The notes below the pieces were generated by a model. That model searched no databases. It was not told the origin of the DNA and saw only the letters and a program-made list of their open reading frames with translations. The position numbers and the translations under genes were made by a program. A stretch of 64,000 bases of DNA from Pseudogymnoascus verrucosus (taxonomy: Eukaryota): the NCBI GenBank assembly GCA_001662655.1, contig KV460208.1. One strand, written 5' to 3'. Below are positions 62,705-64,000 of this stretch, piece by piece (the stretch's first letter is position 1; each line of letters starts with the position of its first letter).

Positions 62705-64000
62705 CTACGGCCCGTTCGTGATGGGTTCCATAGGTCGAAGAGGCGATAGGTGCCGGCCCGCACGAGACTCCCGCGACACGGGTCGACTATCAGAAGACTT
62801 GTGATATAGTTTTGAATTTGAAAGGGGAACATTGCTGATAGGGGCGGTATTCGACGAAGGTAAGTCGGGGTTTTCAGCTATGCCATGAGTAACGCCATTA
62901 GTAGTCGGACCATCGGTGGTTGGGCTGTTCTGTGGCGACAGGCTCGGTTCTGGTTCTTCAAGGATAGTCCCGAATTTCTTGAGAACTTGCTTGAGCGCAG
63001 GGCGTCGAATGGGCTTGCTGAGGAACATATCCATTCCCGAGTCCATGCACTCTTGGACGTTGCTTTCCTCTGAAAATGCCGTCAATGCGACAATTGGTGC
63101 GGAATAACCCATTTGACGTATCAGTCGAGTACTCTGTAAACCGTCGAGGTTCGGCATCTAAATTTGTTAGTAAGAGGCATTCAATGGAGTCTGGAATCGT
63201 ACCTGGATATCCATAAAGATGAGATTGAACTGAAGCCCTTCCTCCATGCTAGCTTTCACCTTCTCATATGCTTCCTGGCCATCCTTTGCTACAGTCACAT
63301 CATAAATATCCTCGAGTTTTAGCATCCTATAAAATGTTAGTTGTGGCATTTCAGGTGAACAAGCTGCGTATACATACCGAAGGACGACTTCTTGATTCAC
63401 TAGGTTATCCTCTGCAACTAGTACTCGAATTTTGCCTGATCCAGGCTTGGTTGCGACACGGTTGAGGATCGCAAGCTGATCATCTGTGGCTCCGTCCCCA
63501 GAAGCTGCCGACGCAAAGAATGGCTGACTCAGCCCAACAAGTCTAGGCTGAATATCTTTCTCAACCACTGCAACCTGACTGCTGCTGTTGTTCGCGGCAC
63601 TTTGTGCCTGCATCTCAAGCGACAACCTTGCCATTCTGGAATCCTCTCGTGAAGTAACACTGGGTGTTCGAGACCCCCCAGCAGTTGAACTTGCTGTGCT
63701 GGATGTCCGCTCTCCAACAAACTTTAGAGGAATTTGCATATTGAATGTAGTGCCTTGGCCTTCGCCCGTGTTTTCCAGGGTGATAGTGCCGCCCATCAGT
63801 CCAGCGAGCTGGTGGCAAATACTAAGCCCCAATCCAGTGCCGCCATACTTTCTGCTGAGACCCAAGTCGCCTTGAACGAACGGCTCAAAGACGCGGTCCT
63901 GGATACTAGCAGGGATACCTGGACCGGTATCTTCAACCTCGAACTCAAAGATGAGCGTTTTCGAGTTTGATGGTGGGGGAGTCGGTGACCGTTCGCGAAC
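62705..64000 (-). CDS. SLN1: Hybrid sensor histidine kinase, SLN1/TcsB type (HATPase end plus receiver); 5' part outside window
   Basis: [36 protein letters not shown]; receiver [14 protein letters not shown]...IFMDIQMPNLDG...PIVALTAF...FLSKP. Introns near 63376-63328 and 63202-63158. Confidence 0.88.

Overview
Eukaryotic, intron-containing DNA (GT-AG introns with CTAAC/CTGAC branch sites) from a filamentous ascomycete. Positions 1 to about 12 kb are the right arm of a probable secondary-metabolite gene cluster. It holds the 3' end of a probable pathway transcription factor, an AurJ/Bik3/Fsr2-type O-methyltransferase, a FAD monooxygenase, a DHA2 MFS pump, an SDR, an FSH1 serine hydrolase and an enoyl-reductase-like gene. 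That last gene is inactivated by a nonsense codon and a 259-bp solo LTR with a 5-bp target-site duplication. No backbone PKS/NRPS is in the window; it may lie to the left. An extended AflR-type palindrome (TCGGnnnCCGAAG) occurs in two cluster promoters and upstream of a GH3 beta-glucosidase. From about 14.8 kb the window is mostly housekeeping genes: transketolase, GH3 beta-glucosidase, a CFEM membrane protein, dienelactone hydrolase, a GAF-type Met-R-sulfoxide reductase (with a 5-nt microexon), BUD32, GCL modifier subunit, APS1, MAF1, SNU13, VMA3, an AhpD/CMD protein, a bZIP factor, a Bug1-like golgin, a C2H2 factor, BMT6, a Sac2-like phosphatase, an SRR1-like pseudogene and the 3' part of an SLN1-type histidine kinase. 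I saw no rRNA, tRNA or CRISPR array. Exon boundaries were read by eye and family calls come from recognised motifs, not database searches.
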